The notes under the pieces are model-generated. The model was not told where the DNA came from and made no database searches. It worked only from the letters and a program-made list of their open reading frames with translations. A stretch of 64,000 nucleotides of DNA from NCBI GenBank assembly GCA_963796765.1, contig CAWCMY010000005.1:173918-237917 (forward strand), written 5' to 3'. Made by a program: the position numbers and the translations under genes. Each line of letters opens with the position of its first letter. Positions within the stretch are counted from its first letter, which is position 1. This document shows positions 40,472 to 48,712 of this stretch, one piece after another. This DNA comes from an uncultured Acidimicrobiales bacterium (GTDB lineage Bacteria; Actinomycetota; Acidimicrobiia; Acidimicrobiales; UBA8190).

Positions 40472-41236
40472 TCACCCTGGCCGCCGGCGAGGTCGTTGGT
40501 CGTGGTCGCCGACTCGGCGTGCGGCGCCGCCTTGGGCGGAGGGCGCGGTGGGCGCGACGTGGCCGGACAGCACGGCGTGGACCACGAGACGCTGGGCCGC
40601 GCTGAAGCGCGGATTGCACGTCGTGAGCGTGAGCTCGGGCGTGGCGGTGTTGTCGACCACCGAGGTGTCGGTGGGGCTCACGATCAACGTGGCGGTCACG
40701 TGGTAGGTGAACGTTCCCTGGAGGGTGGTGATCACGATGTGGTCACCGCGGGCGAGCTTGTCGAGGTTGTAGAACGGGGCGCCATAGGTGGTGCGATGGC
40801 CGGCGATGGCCGCGTTGCCGAGCTCTCCGGGGAGCGGCGTGCCGGGATAGTGCCCGGGGCCGAGACGAAGGTCGGTGGTCGACGTTCCCTGGACGATGAC
40901 CTTGCTCAGGCCGATCTTGGTGATCTGCAACAGCCCCACAGGATTGCCGTCGTCGGGCGCGGCGACCGTCGGACCCACCGTGGGTTGGTCCCCGGCCGAG
41001 GAGGTCGTGGTCGACGACGACGGTTTCGTCGCCGTGGTGGTCGTGGGGTGGTTGTCGGCACGGTGCAGCTGCGCGTCGAGACGTTGGCGGAGCTGGGCCT
41101 GGCTGTGGGACTCGGCGATGCCCGTGCCCCACAGCTGGTAGGCGACGAAGAGCAGGATGAGCAGGCCCACGCCCAGGAGGATCCGGCCCAGTACGCCGGT
41201 GATGAGCCCCCGTCGCACCTCCTCGACACTAGCCAC
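40472..41236 (-). CDS. Class E-type sortase
   Basis: N-terminal TM segment (LITGVLGRILLGVGLLILLFVAY). Catalytic His (AIAGHRTTYG), TLTTCNP (TLxTC) and Arg (AAQRLVVHA). GTG start at 41236. A two-TM tail in another frame could extend the gene to 40286. Confidence 0.85.
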   Translation of the reverse strand: MASVEEVRRGLITGVLGRILLGVGLLILLFVAYQLWGTGIAESHSQAQLRQRLDAQLHRADNHPTTTTATKPSSSTTTSSAGDQPTVGPTVAAPDDGNPVGLLQITKIGLSKVIVQGTSTTDLRLGPGHYPGTPLPGELGNAAIAGHRTTYGAPFYNLDKLARGDHIVITTLQGTFTYHVTATLIVSPTDTSVVDNTATPELTLTTCNPRFSAAQRLVVHAVLSGHVAPTAPSAQGGAARRVGDHDQRPRRRPG

Positions 41237-41257
41237 GCGTGCTCCCGTGGGATCGGC

Positions 41258-41860
41258 ATGGCTGGATACACTCAGCTGGTGCAGGTCCTCTTCGTATGCA
41301 CGGCCAACATGTGCAGGTCGCCGATGGCCGCCGCGCTCTTCGGCCGCCTGGCCCTCGTGGGCGGGGACGTCGCTCCCGAGAAGGTGTCGGTCGTGTCGGC
41401 GGGCATTCTCACGGGTGGGTACGCGTCTCCCCCTGAGGTCGTCAAGACCATGGCGGAACTGGGCATCGACCTCTCGGCGCACTGCAGCGCGCAGATCTCA
41501 CCCGAGCTCGTGGCGGCCTCGGAGGTGGTGCTCACCATGGCGCGTCGCCACGCGCGCGAGGTCGTGCTCCTCGACCCCGCGGCCTGGGGCCGCACGTTCA
41601 CGTTGAAGGAATTCGTGCGCCGGGGCGAGATGGTGGGACGGCGCGATCCCGACGAAGCCCTCGGTCCGTGGCTGGGCCGGCTCCACCGCGGTCGTCGACG
41701 CCTCGACCTCGTGGGGAGCTCCGACAGTGACGACGTGGAGGACCCCATCGGCGGTCCCCTGGACGGCTACCGCAAGACGGCGCGCCAGCTCGCCAACCTC
41801 GTCGACGCCGCCGCCTCGCTGTTGTGGGTCCCCGGCGGGATCCCGACGCCGCCCGGGTGA
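41258..41860 (+). CDS. Low-molecular-weight protein-tyrosine phosphatase
   Basis: P-loop VLFVCTANMCRSPMAAAL (CX5R[ST]) and DP motif DVEDPIGG. ATG at 41258 lies within a longer spurious ORF. Confidence 0.85.
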   Translation: MAGYTQLVQVLFVCTANMCRSPMAAALFGRLALVGGDVAPEKVSVVSAGILTGGYASPPEVVKTMAELGIDLSAHCSAQISPELVAASEVVLTMARRHAREVVLLDPAAWGRTFTLKEFVRRGEMVGRRDPDEALGPWLGRLHRGRRRLDLVGSSDSDDVEDPIGGPLDGYRKTARQLANLVDAAASLLWVPGGIPTPPG

Positions 41861-43695
41861 GCGAACCCGACGCGCCGTCGGGCCCGACGGCGGGTGCCGG
41901 TCCGCGCCGCGGCCGCGTCGGTCCGCGCCGCGGCGGCGCCGGTCCGCGTCCCCACCGACGGCGGCGGCGCATCGTGTGGATCGTCGTGGTGGTGGTGGTG
42001 GTGTGGCTCGGCGCCGCGGCGGTGGTCATCGCCCTCGGGCTCGTGCACGCCAGTGACGGGTTGGCGGACGTAAACCGGGCGAGGTCGCATCTCAGCGCGT
42101 CCGACGTCGTCAACCGCTCCGCTACAGCACCGCTGCACGATGCGGTGCGCCAGTTCGATTCGGCGCACGGCTTCCTGCACTCGGTGATCCTGGCGCCGCT
42201 CGACATCGTCCCCGTGGTGGGGAGGCAGCTGCGTTCAGTGCAGGACCTGTCCTCGGCGGCGGGCCAAGTCGCCAGCATCGGCGCCGGCGCCATCGACAGG
42301 GCCCACGCGGTGTTGGAGTCCTCGCACAGCAGCGGGTCGCAGCGGGTGGTGGAACTGTCCCGGCTGGCTGCGCTGGCGGCGCAGACCGACCGTGCCCTCG
42401 GACGCATAGACACCGGGCCGGCAAACGCCCTCGTATCGCCGCTCGCCTCGAAGCACGACACCTTCGTACGCGACCTCGCCGACGTGCGGGCCCGGCTGGG
42501 CCATGCCGCCGGCGTGGCCGGCACCATGGCCGACATCCTGCGAGGGCCGCAGACCTACCTCCTCCTCATGGCCAACAACGCCGAGATGCGGGCCGGCTCG
42601 GGCAACTTCCTCGAGGTCGGTGTGCTCGCCACCCACGACGGCCATCTCGTCCTGTCGAACCTCAACCAGACGGTGAACATCCCCGTGCCCGCAGGCAAGG
42701 TGACCGCCACCGGTGACCTCGAGGCCCGGTGGGGGTGGCTCAAGCCCGGCCAGGACTGGCGGAACCTCGGGTACACCCCCCAGTTCGACGTCAACGCCCC
42801 GCTCGCCGCCCAGATGTGGCAGGCCGAGACGGGCCAACACGTCGACGGCGTGATCGCCGTGGACATCGAGACGTTGCACCAGATTCTCGAGGTCACCGGG
42901 CCCGTGACCCTGAGCAACGGCACCGTCGTGAGTGCCGACAACGTCGTGGCCCTGCTGACCCACGACCAGTACAAGGGCCTCGTCGACCAGCCCACGGCCG
43001 CCCAGGCCCGGGCCGAAGGGGGACGTGAGGACCAGCTGGGGTCGCTCGCCAAAGCCGCCCTGGCCAGTCTCGAGAGCGAGTCGTTGAACCTCAAGTCCCT
43101 GTCGACGGCGATGACAACGGCCACCCAGGGCCGGCACCTGCTCATGTGGTCGGCGGCGCCCCGGGCCGAGACCGACTGGGTCCAGGCCGGGGTGGCCGGC
43201 CAGCTGTCGCCCGACTCGGTGCTGGCCGCGGTGGTCAACCGGGGTGCGAACAAGCTCGACCAGTACCTTTCGGTGGGTAGCGACCTGGACCTCCGGGCCC
43301 AGGGTCGACGCACCGTGGCCACCCTGACGGTCCACCTCCACAACGACACCCCCCCGGGACAGTCCCAGTTCATCGCAGGGCCCTACCCGGGGATCGGGAC
43401 CGTGTACGGCGAGTACCTGGGCCTTCTGGCCGTGAACGTCCCCGGCTACGCCTCGGTCCCCCGCATCGACGGCACCCCGAAGCTCGACGCCCTGGGCGCC
43501 GAGGGGCCCACCTGGGTCATCGCCACTCCCGTCGACGTCAAGGCCGGCCAGACCCAGGACGTCGTCGTCAGGTTCACCCTGCCCCAGGCGAGCGGGCGGG
43601 TCCAGGTGGTGCCCACGGCCCGTCTCACCCCCGTGACCTGGCACTACCGGGGTACTACCGAGACCGACGCCGCCCCCTTCACCCTGTCCTGGTAG
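41857..43695 (+). CDS. DUF4012 domain-containing membrane protein
   Basis: The GTG overlaps the PTP stop (GTGA). Basic N-terminus plus TM segment (IVWIVVVVVVVWLGAAAVVIALGLV). The core LLLMANNAEMRAGSGNFLEVGVLATHDG… resembles the DUF4012 signature common next to actinobacterial polysaccharide loci. Confidence 0.65.
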   Translation: MSEPDAPSGPTAGAGPRRGRVGPRRGGAGPRPHRRRRRIVWIVVVVVVVWLGAAAVVIALGLVHASDGLADVNRARSHLSASDVVNRSATAPLHDAVRQFDSAHGFLHSVILAPLDIVPVVGRQLRSVQDLSSAAGQVASIGAGAIDRAHAVLESSHSSGSQRVVELSRLAALAAQTDRALGRIDTGPANALVSPLASKHDTFVRDLADVRARLGHAAGVAGTMADILRGPQTYLLLMANNAEMRAGSGNFLEVGVLATHDGHLVLSNLNQTVNIPVPAGKVTATGDLEARWGWLKPGQDWRNLGYTPQFDVNAPLAAQMWQAETGQHVDGVIAVDIETLHQILEVTGPVTLSNGTVVSADNVVALLTHDQYKGLVDQPTAAQARAEGGREDQLGSLAKAALASLESESLNLKSLSTAMTTATQGRHLLMWSAAPRAETDWVQAGVAGQLSPDSVLAAVVNRGANKLDQYLSVGSDLDLRAQGRRTVATLTVHLHNDTPPGQSQFIAGPYPGIGTVYGEYLGLLAVNVPGYASVPRIDGTPKLDALGAEGPTWVIATPVDVKAGQTQDVVVRFTLPQASGRVQVVPTARLTPVTWHYRGTTETDAAPFTLSW

Positions 43696-43799
43696 CCATC
43701 GGGACCCGAGGGCCCGGCTTCCGGGGGTACCGGGAGTGGCACCGGTTCGGGGCCGCACCCCTGCGACCAGGGGATTAAGGCTCGATCGGGGACATCCAG

Positions 43800-43827
43800 T
43801 TGACCGAATGTTGACTCTCCATAGGGT
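43800..43827 (+). promoter_or_regulatory. Candidate promoter for the LPFTG gene / glycan operon
   Basis: TTGACC (43800-43805), a 16-nt spacer, then TAGGGT (TANNNT, 43822-43827), in a 392-bp lower-GC intergenic region. Confidence 0.3.
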
Positions 43828-44087
43828 GTCTGTCGATGCGGATCAGTGACAATCCGTTGTAAGTCGCTCACGGAGTGGTGTGGGCAAATGTCCTGAAGGG
43901 AAGTGCCCGCAACTGGGTGTGACACCGGGAGGGCAGGGTGTAGGTGCAGGTCGGCGGCAGCGGGACGCTCCGCCGGTACAGAAGATGGGGCGAGTAGATT
44001 TCGGTCACGGAGTGTGGCAGGAGTCTTTGAACGGGCCAACATGGATGCGGCGGCGAGGCTGCTGCGGGGCGAAGGGTTGACATCGAA

Positions 44088-44414
44088 ATGAAAAGCAAAC
44101 TTCTCGGTCTGGGACTGGGGCTGACGCTGTCCACCTTGGGAGTCGTGGCAGTCCCGGCAGCGGTGGCATTTGCCGACACTGCCCCTTCCACCTGCTACAC
44201 GGGGTGTGAGACCGCGATCACGAGCCCGACGGTGCCGCCGGCGTCGACGCCGGCGGTGTCAGAGCCGGCTCCGATCGCCAAGACCGCGGCCGGAGGCGCA
44301 CTGCCGTTCACGGGCGCTGACATCGAGGGGATGGTGGCGGCCGGTGCCGGTGCCCTGATGGTCGGTGGCCTCATGGTCCGTCGTAGCCGTCGGCTGCGCC
44401 GGGTCATGGCATAG
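44088..44414 (+). CDS. Minimal LPXTG-type cell-wall sorting substrate (108 aa)
   Basis: Signal peptide (…VAVPAAVAFA/DT). A ~50-aa Ser/Thr/Pro-rich mature part carries CYTGC. Then LPFTG, a hydrophobic stretch (MVAAGAGALMVGGLMV) and a basic tail (RRSRRLRR). Confidence 0.8.
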   Translation: MKSKLLGLGLGLTLSTLGVVAVPAAVAFADTAPSTCYTGCETAITSPTVPPASTPAVSEPAPIAKTAAGGALPFTGADIEGMVAAGAGALMVGGLMVRRSRRLRRVMA

Positions 44415-44458
44415 TCGCATTCCCGTTCTCAGCCAATCGACCAGAAGTTCGTAGCACG

Positions 44459-45988
44459 ATGTCCGTCGGACTGAACTACCAGTCCTGGGTCAACACGAGG
44501 CCGTCCGAGCGCAGTGCTCGGGCCGTCCCGCTCCAGACCAGGGCCACGGCCAGAGGCGCCATGAAGACCGTGGCGTTCGCCGACGCCGTGCTCCTCGTCG
44601 TCGTGGTGGCCGTCGCGGGGCTGTCGCTGGCGACGTGGTGGATGTGGGTGGCGATGGCGACGGTGGTGGGTGCCCTGGCGCTCACTGGGCACTACCGCCC
44701 CCGCATCACCCTGAGCGTGGCCCGCGAGGCGGGATCGATCGCGGCGTGTGCGATGGCACCGTTCGTCGTGCTGGCGCTGACCCGGGTCCATGGGGCCTCG
44801 ACGGCCCACCTGCTCGTCACCGGGGCCATCCTCACCGGTGTCGTGGTGTTGGCGCGCTGCGCGACGTACTGGGTCGTGCGCATGATGCGGACTCGAGGCT
44901 GGTTCGCGGAGCGGACCCTGTTCGTCGGGGCCGGCGACGTGAGCGCCAAGATGGCGGCGACGCTGAGCGAGCACCCCGAGTACGGCCTTCGTCCCGTCGG
45001 GTTCCTCGACGAGGTCGACAGCGCCGGCCTGCCCCTCCCGCTCTTCGGTGGGGTGGGAATGCTCCGCATGGTGCTTTCGGAGGAGCGGATCGACCGCGTC
45101 ATCGTGGCCTTCGGTGTGACGCGCGAATCGGACATGGTCGACGTCTTCCGGGCCTGTGAGGACGCGTCGGTCGAGATCCACGTGCTGCCCCGGTTCTTCG
45201 AGCTCGCCACCGCCATGAACAGCCGCAACGTGGACGACGTGTGGGGGTACCCGCTGCTGCGCCTGCGCCGGTCATTGCTGCGCCGCAACGCTCGTATCGT
45301 CAAGCGCGTCTTCGACGCTGCCGTGGCCGCTGTCGCCCTTCTCGTGGTGTCGCCCTTCTACGCGGCGATCGCCGCCGTCGTGAAGCTCACCAGCCCGGGC
45401 CCGGTCCACTTCCGCCAGCAGCGGGTGGGCGAGCGGGGCGTCATCGTCGACGTGCTCAAGTTCCGGTCCATGCGAGTCAACTCGCGGTCGGACGTGGAGT
45501 GGAACCCCACCAACGACTCGGTCACGAAGATCGGTCACATCCTTCGGGTGACGGGACTCGACGAGCTCCCCCAGCTCTGGAACATCTTGAAGGGGGACAT
45601 GTCCCTCGTCGGCCCTCGGCCCGAGCGTCCGTTCTTCGTGGAGCAGTTCAAGGTGGACGTGCCCCGGTACGACGACCGTCACCGGGTGCCGGTCGGGCTC
45701 ACGGGACTCGCCCAGGTGCACGGCCTCCGCGGCGACACCTCGATCGACGAGCGGGCCCGGCTCGACAACCAGTACATCGAGAACTGGTCCTTGTGGCGCG
45801 ACATCGTGATCCTGTTCCAGACCTTCACCGCGGTGATCCGGAACACATTCGAGCCGAGCGGCGAGACGGGTCGGTCCGAACCGGCGCCGGTGCTGCGCAT
45901 CCACCGGCTCGACGAGGCGAACCGTGCGGATACCGTGACGATCGAGACCGTGGCACCTGACGCCAAAGAGGCCTCATCGATCGGGTGA
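44459..45988 (+). CDS. Polyprenyl-phosphate hexose-1-phosphate transferase (WbaP/EpsB-type priming sugar transferase)
   Basis: N-terminal TM block plus the bacterial sugar transferase domain: KRVFDAAVAAVALLVVSPFY…SPGPVHFRQQRVGERG…KFRSM…DELPQLWNILKGDMSLVGPRPERP. Confidence 0.9.
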   Translation: MSVGLNYQSWVNTRPSERSARAVPLQTRATARGAMKTVAFADAVLLVVVVAVAGLSLATWWMWVAMATVVGALALTGHYRPRITLSVAREAGSIAACAMAPFVVLALTRVHGASTAHLLVTGAILTGVVVLARCATYWVVRMMRTRGWFAERTLFVGAGDVSAKMAATLSEHPEYGLRPVGFLDEVDSAGLPLPLFGGVGMLRMVLSEERIDRVIVAFGVTRESDMVDVFRACEDASVEIHVLPRFFELATAMNSRNVDDVWGYPLLRLRRSLLRRNARIVKRVFDAAVAAVALLVVSPFYAAIAAVVKLTSPGPVHFRQQRVGERGVIVDVLKFRSMRVNSRSDVEWNPTNDSVTKIGHILRVTGLDELPQLWNILKGDMSLVGPRPERPFFVEQFKVDVPRYDDRHRVPVGLTGLAQVHGLRGDTSIDERARLDNQYIENWSLWRDIVILFQTFTAVIRNTFEPSGETGRSEPAPVLRIHRLDEANRADTVTIETVAPDAKEASSIG

Positions 45989-46182
45989 ACACCTCCGCAC
46001 GTCCGCGCCCATGCGGGAGTGACGCCGGGTCGCCTTCGGGTGGTCCGGCGACGATATTTTCGGCGGTCAGATGCGATCAGACAACCCGACATCGTGAAGA
46101 TGGCAGCAGGAACTGACGACAACCTGCCGTGTCCGCCCTGCACGGCCCACCCTGCATTCCCAGCCCGCAACATTCCGGATGA

Positions 46183-47382
46183 ATGGGCCAGCCTGAAGTC
46201 CGTGCACCCGTGACCGCCCATCCGCTGCCCGACGACGTCGACAGCGCGACGCCAGGAACACCGTCTCCTCGGGTCACCACCGCGGCGCCGGCGCGCGTCC
46301 TGCTCGTCGACGCCTCGGACCGCGGCGGCATCGCCCGCTATACCCGGTGCCTGCGTGTCGCCCTCGAGGCCGAGCACGCCGAGGTGGCACTGGCGGCGCC
46401 GGCCGGGGTCGGCGACGCCGGGCTCGTGCTCCGGGGCCCCCGGTGGGGGCCCGACATCGCCGCCATGGGCAAGGCCCGGCTCTACGTCCTGCGCCTGCGC
46501 GAGCTCGGTCCCGCCGCCCTGGCGTTGCTGCGGGCCGTATCGCGGGCCCGGCCCGCCGTGGTCCATGTCCAGACCGAGGTCGTGCCCGGTCTCGACGCCC
46601 TGGTGCTGGGCCGGATCTCCCGGCGGGTGCCCGTGGTGCTCACCATCCACGACCCCGTGCCCCTCGAAGGCGGAGCGCGTGCTCCCGCCGACCAGGCGCG
46701 GCGGTGGCGGAGGGCGGACGCCCTCGTCATCCACGGCGAGGAGCCGCGCTCCTTCGTCGAAGCCAGCGCGCCGGGCGTGCCCGTCCACGTGGTTCCGGTC
46801 GACCTGCCCCTCGGGGGTCCCGCCGTCGACCGCGCCGAGGCCAGGAAGCAGCTCGGGCTCGCCGCCGTCCCCACCGCGCTCCTGCTCGGCCAGGTCCGGG
46901 CCTATAAGGGCATCGGGCTCTTGTCCCGAGCCTGGCCCCAGGTGGCCGCGGCCCTGCCCGGGTCTAGGCTTCTCGTCGTGGGGGAGGCCTATGAGTCGGC
47001 CGACCTGGCCCTCTTGGAGGCCTGCTCCGGGGTGGAGGTACGGCGGGGGTTCGTGCCCGAGGGGGACCTCGACCTGTGGGCGGCCGCGGCCGACGTCCTC
47101 GTGCTCCCCTATGCCGTGGGGTCGCACTCCGGGGTCCTCCATCGCGGCCTGGCGGCGGGCACACCCGTGCTGGCGTCGCCGCCCCTGGCCGAGGAAGTGC
47201 TCCGGACCGGCGCCGGCGCCGTTGTCCCCCTCGACCCCGCCGCGTGGGCAGAAGCCCTGGTGCGGGCCCTGAGCACCGACCCGCTGCCCCGCCCCGGCCG
47301 ACCGACGGGCCGCGGCACGGCCCGGGGAACCCTGGAGGTCTACCGCCAGGTCCTGGCTCGACGTGCGCGCAGCGTGGCCTGA
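46183..47382 (+). CDS. GT-B fold (GT4-like) glycosyltransferase
   Basis: Intact ORF. …VLLVDASDRGGIARY…VVHVQTEV…LLLGQVRAYKGIGLL…SRLLVVGE…ADVLVLPY…GLAAGTPVLASP. The start codon is uncertain (46183-46270). Confidence 0.7.
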   Translation: MGQPEVRAPVTAHPLPDDVDSATPGTPSPRVTTAAPARVLLVDASDRGGIARYTRCLRVALEAEHAEVALAAPAGVGDAGLVLRGPRWGPDIAAMGKARLYVLRLRELGPAALALLRAVSRARPAVVHVQTEVVPGLDALVLGRISRRVPVVLTIHDPVPLEGGARAPADQARRWRRADALVIHGEEPRSFVEASAPGVPVHVVPVDLPLGGPAVDRAEARKQLGLAAVPTALLLGQVRAYKGIGLLSRAWPQVAAALPGSRLLVVGEAYESADLALLEACSGVEVRRGFVPEGDLDLWAAAADVLVLPYAVGSHSGVLHRGLAAGTPVLASPPLAEEVLRTGAGAVVPLDPAAWAEALVRALSTDPLPRPGRPTGRGTARGTLEVYRQVLARRARSVA

Positions 47383-47488
47383 ACGTGGCCACGATGGGCG
47401 CGATCGCAGGAGTCATCGGGGGTTTTCGCCACGCCGAGGGGCCTGTGGTTCCTACAGAGCGACCCCGAACGAGACGAGACTAGAGAGC

Positions 47489-48701
47489 ATGGTCCGACGA
47501 ACGGGTCTGAAGGTTGGCGCCCTGGTGGCGGCCGCATCGACCGGCCACGTGCTCTATCCGGCGTGGTTGGCGGTCGCCTCGCGGCGCCGCGCCCCCGTCG
47601 AGGTCTCGGACCCTGAGGAATGGCCGGCTGTGACCGTCCTCGTGGCGGCCTACGCGGAAGCGAAGACCATCGGGCCCAAGGTGCGCGACGTCCTCGCCAA
47701 CGGCTACCCAGGCCCGCTCGACGTTATGGTGGTCGCCGACGCCGACGTCGAGACCGCGGCCCGGGCCGAGCACGCTGGTGCCACCGTCGTCACCGCCGAC
47801 GATCGTCTCGGCAAGAGCCAGGCGATCAACCTCGGGTTCTCAAAGGTGACGGCGCCCATCGTGATCCTCACCGATGCCAACAACCACCTCGCCCCCGGTG
47901 CCATCGCCGCGCTGGTGCGTCACTTCGCCGACCCCCGCGTGGGGGCGGTGGCGGGCGAGAAGGTCGAAGCCGACGGAGGCGGTGAGGACCTCTACTGGCG
48001 ATTCGAGTCGTGGCTGAAACGACGCGAGTGGCGGCTCGGCACCACCATCGGTCTCGTGGGCGAACTGGCCGCCGTCCGCACCGACGCGTGGCAGCCCATC
48101 CCCGGTGACATCGCCATCGACGACCTGTGGATCGCGCTCGACCTCTCCATACGCGGCTATGTCATCGCCTACGAGCCGGATGCCAAGGCCTTCGAGCCGC
48201 CGGTGCACACCTTCCGCCAGCAGTGGGAGCGCCGCACTCGCAGCGTCGCCGGCGCCCTCCATGTGTTCGAACGACGCCGCTCCGAGCTCGGGCCGGCGGG
48301 CGGGTTGGTGGCGGCTGAGGTCTGGGGCCACCGCCTGGCTCGGTACACGGTGTCGCCCCTCGCCCACGTGGCGCTCCTCACGGTGGCTGCGCGCCGGGCC
48401 CGTTCGAGCCGCCTGGCCCGGTTGTTTCTGCTCGGCCACGTCATCGGCGTCTCGGTCCTGGCGCGCCGGGGCGGCGTCGGAGAAGTCGGAGAAGTCGGAG
48501 AAGTCGGAGAAGACACAGACGTCTGTCCCGGCCCCGACACCCGGCCGGGCGACGGGGCTGCCCTCGGCTCCGGCCGTGATCACGCGCCGCGTCGCCGACG
48601 GACTGGGCCAGGGCGTGTTCCTCCAGGCCGTCGCCCTGGGGGGAATCGTCCGGTACCTCCGCGGCGACCGGCCCACCCGCTGGACCACCGTTCGGCGCTG
48701 A
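47489..48701 (+). pseudogene. Membrane-embedded family 2 glycosyltransferase (synthase-like), one frame break near 48520-48560
   Basis: TM segment, then WPAVTVLVAAYAEAKTIG…VMVVADADVETA…ILTDANNH…GAVAGEKV…FRQQWERRTRS, then C-terminal TM segments. The terminal …AVITRRVADGLGQGVFLQAVALGGIVRYLRGDRPTRWTTVRR-stop lies in another frame. Confidence 0.75.
48479..48514 (+). repeat. 9-bp microsatellite (GGAGAAGTC x3, then GGAGAAGAC; diverged GGCGGCGTC before it)
   Basis: Read directly from the sequence. It encodes GEVGEVGEVGE in the GT2 frame and has locally lower GC. Confidence 0.95.
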
Positions 48702-48712
48702 GGACGATTCCG

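Noticed and set aside
43880-44091. Small ORFs 43880..44080 (+), 43903..44091 (+) and 43644..44042 (-) in the leader region.
   Set aside because: They overlap each other in different frames, have no ribosome-binding site or motif, and have arbitrary composition. The region behaves as non-coding leader.
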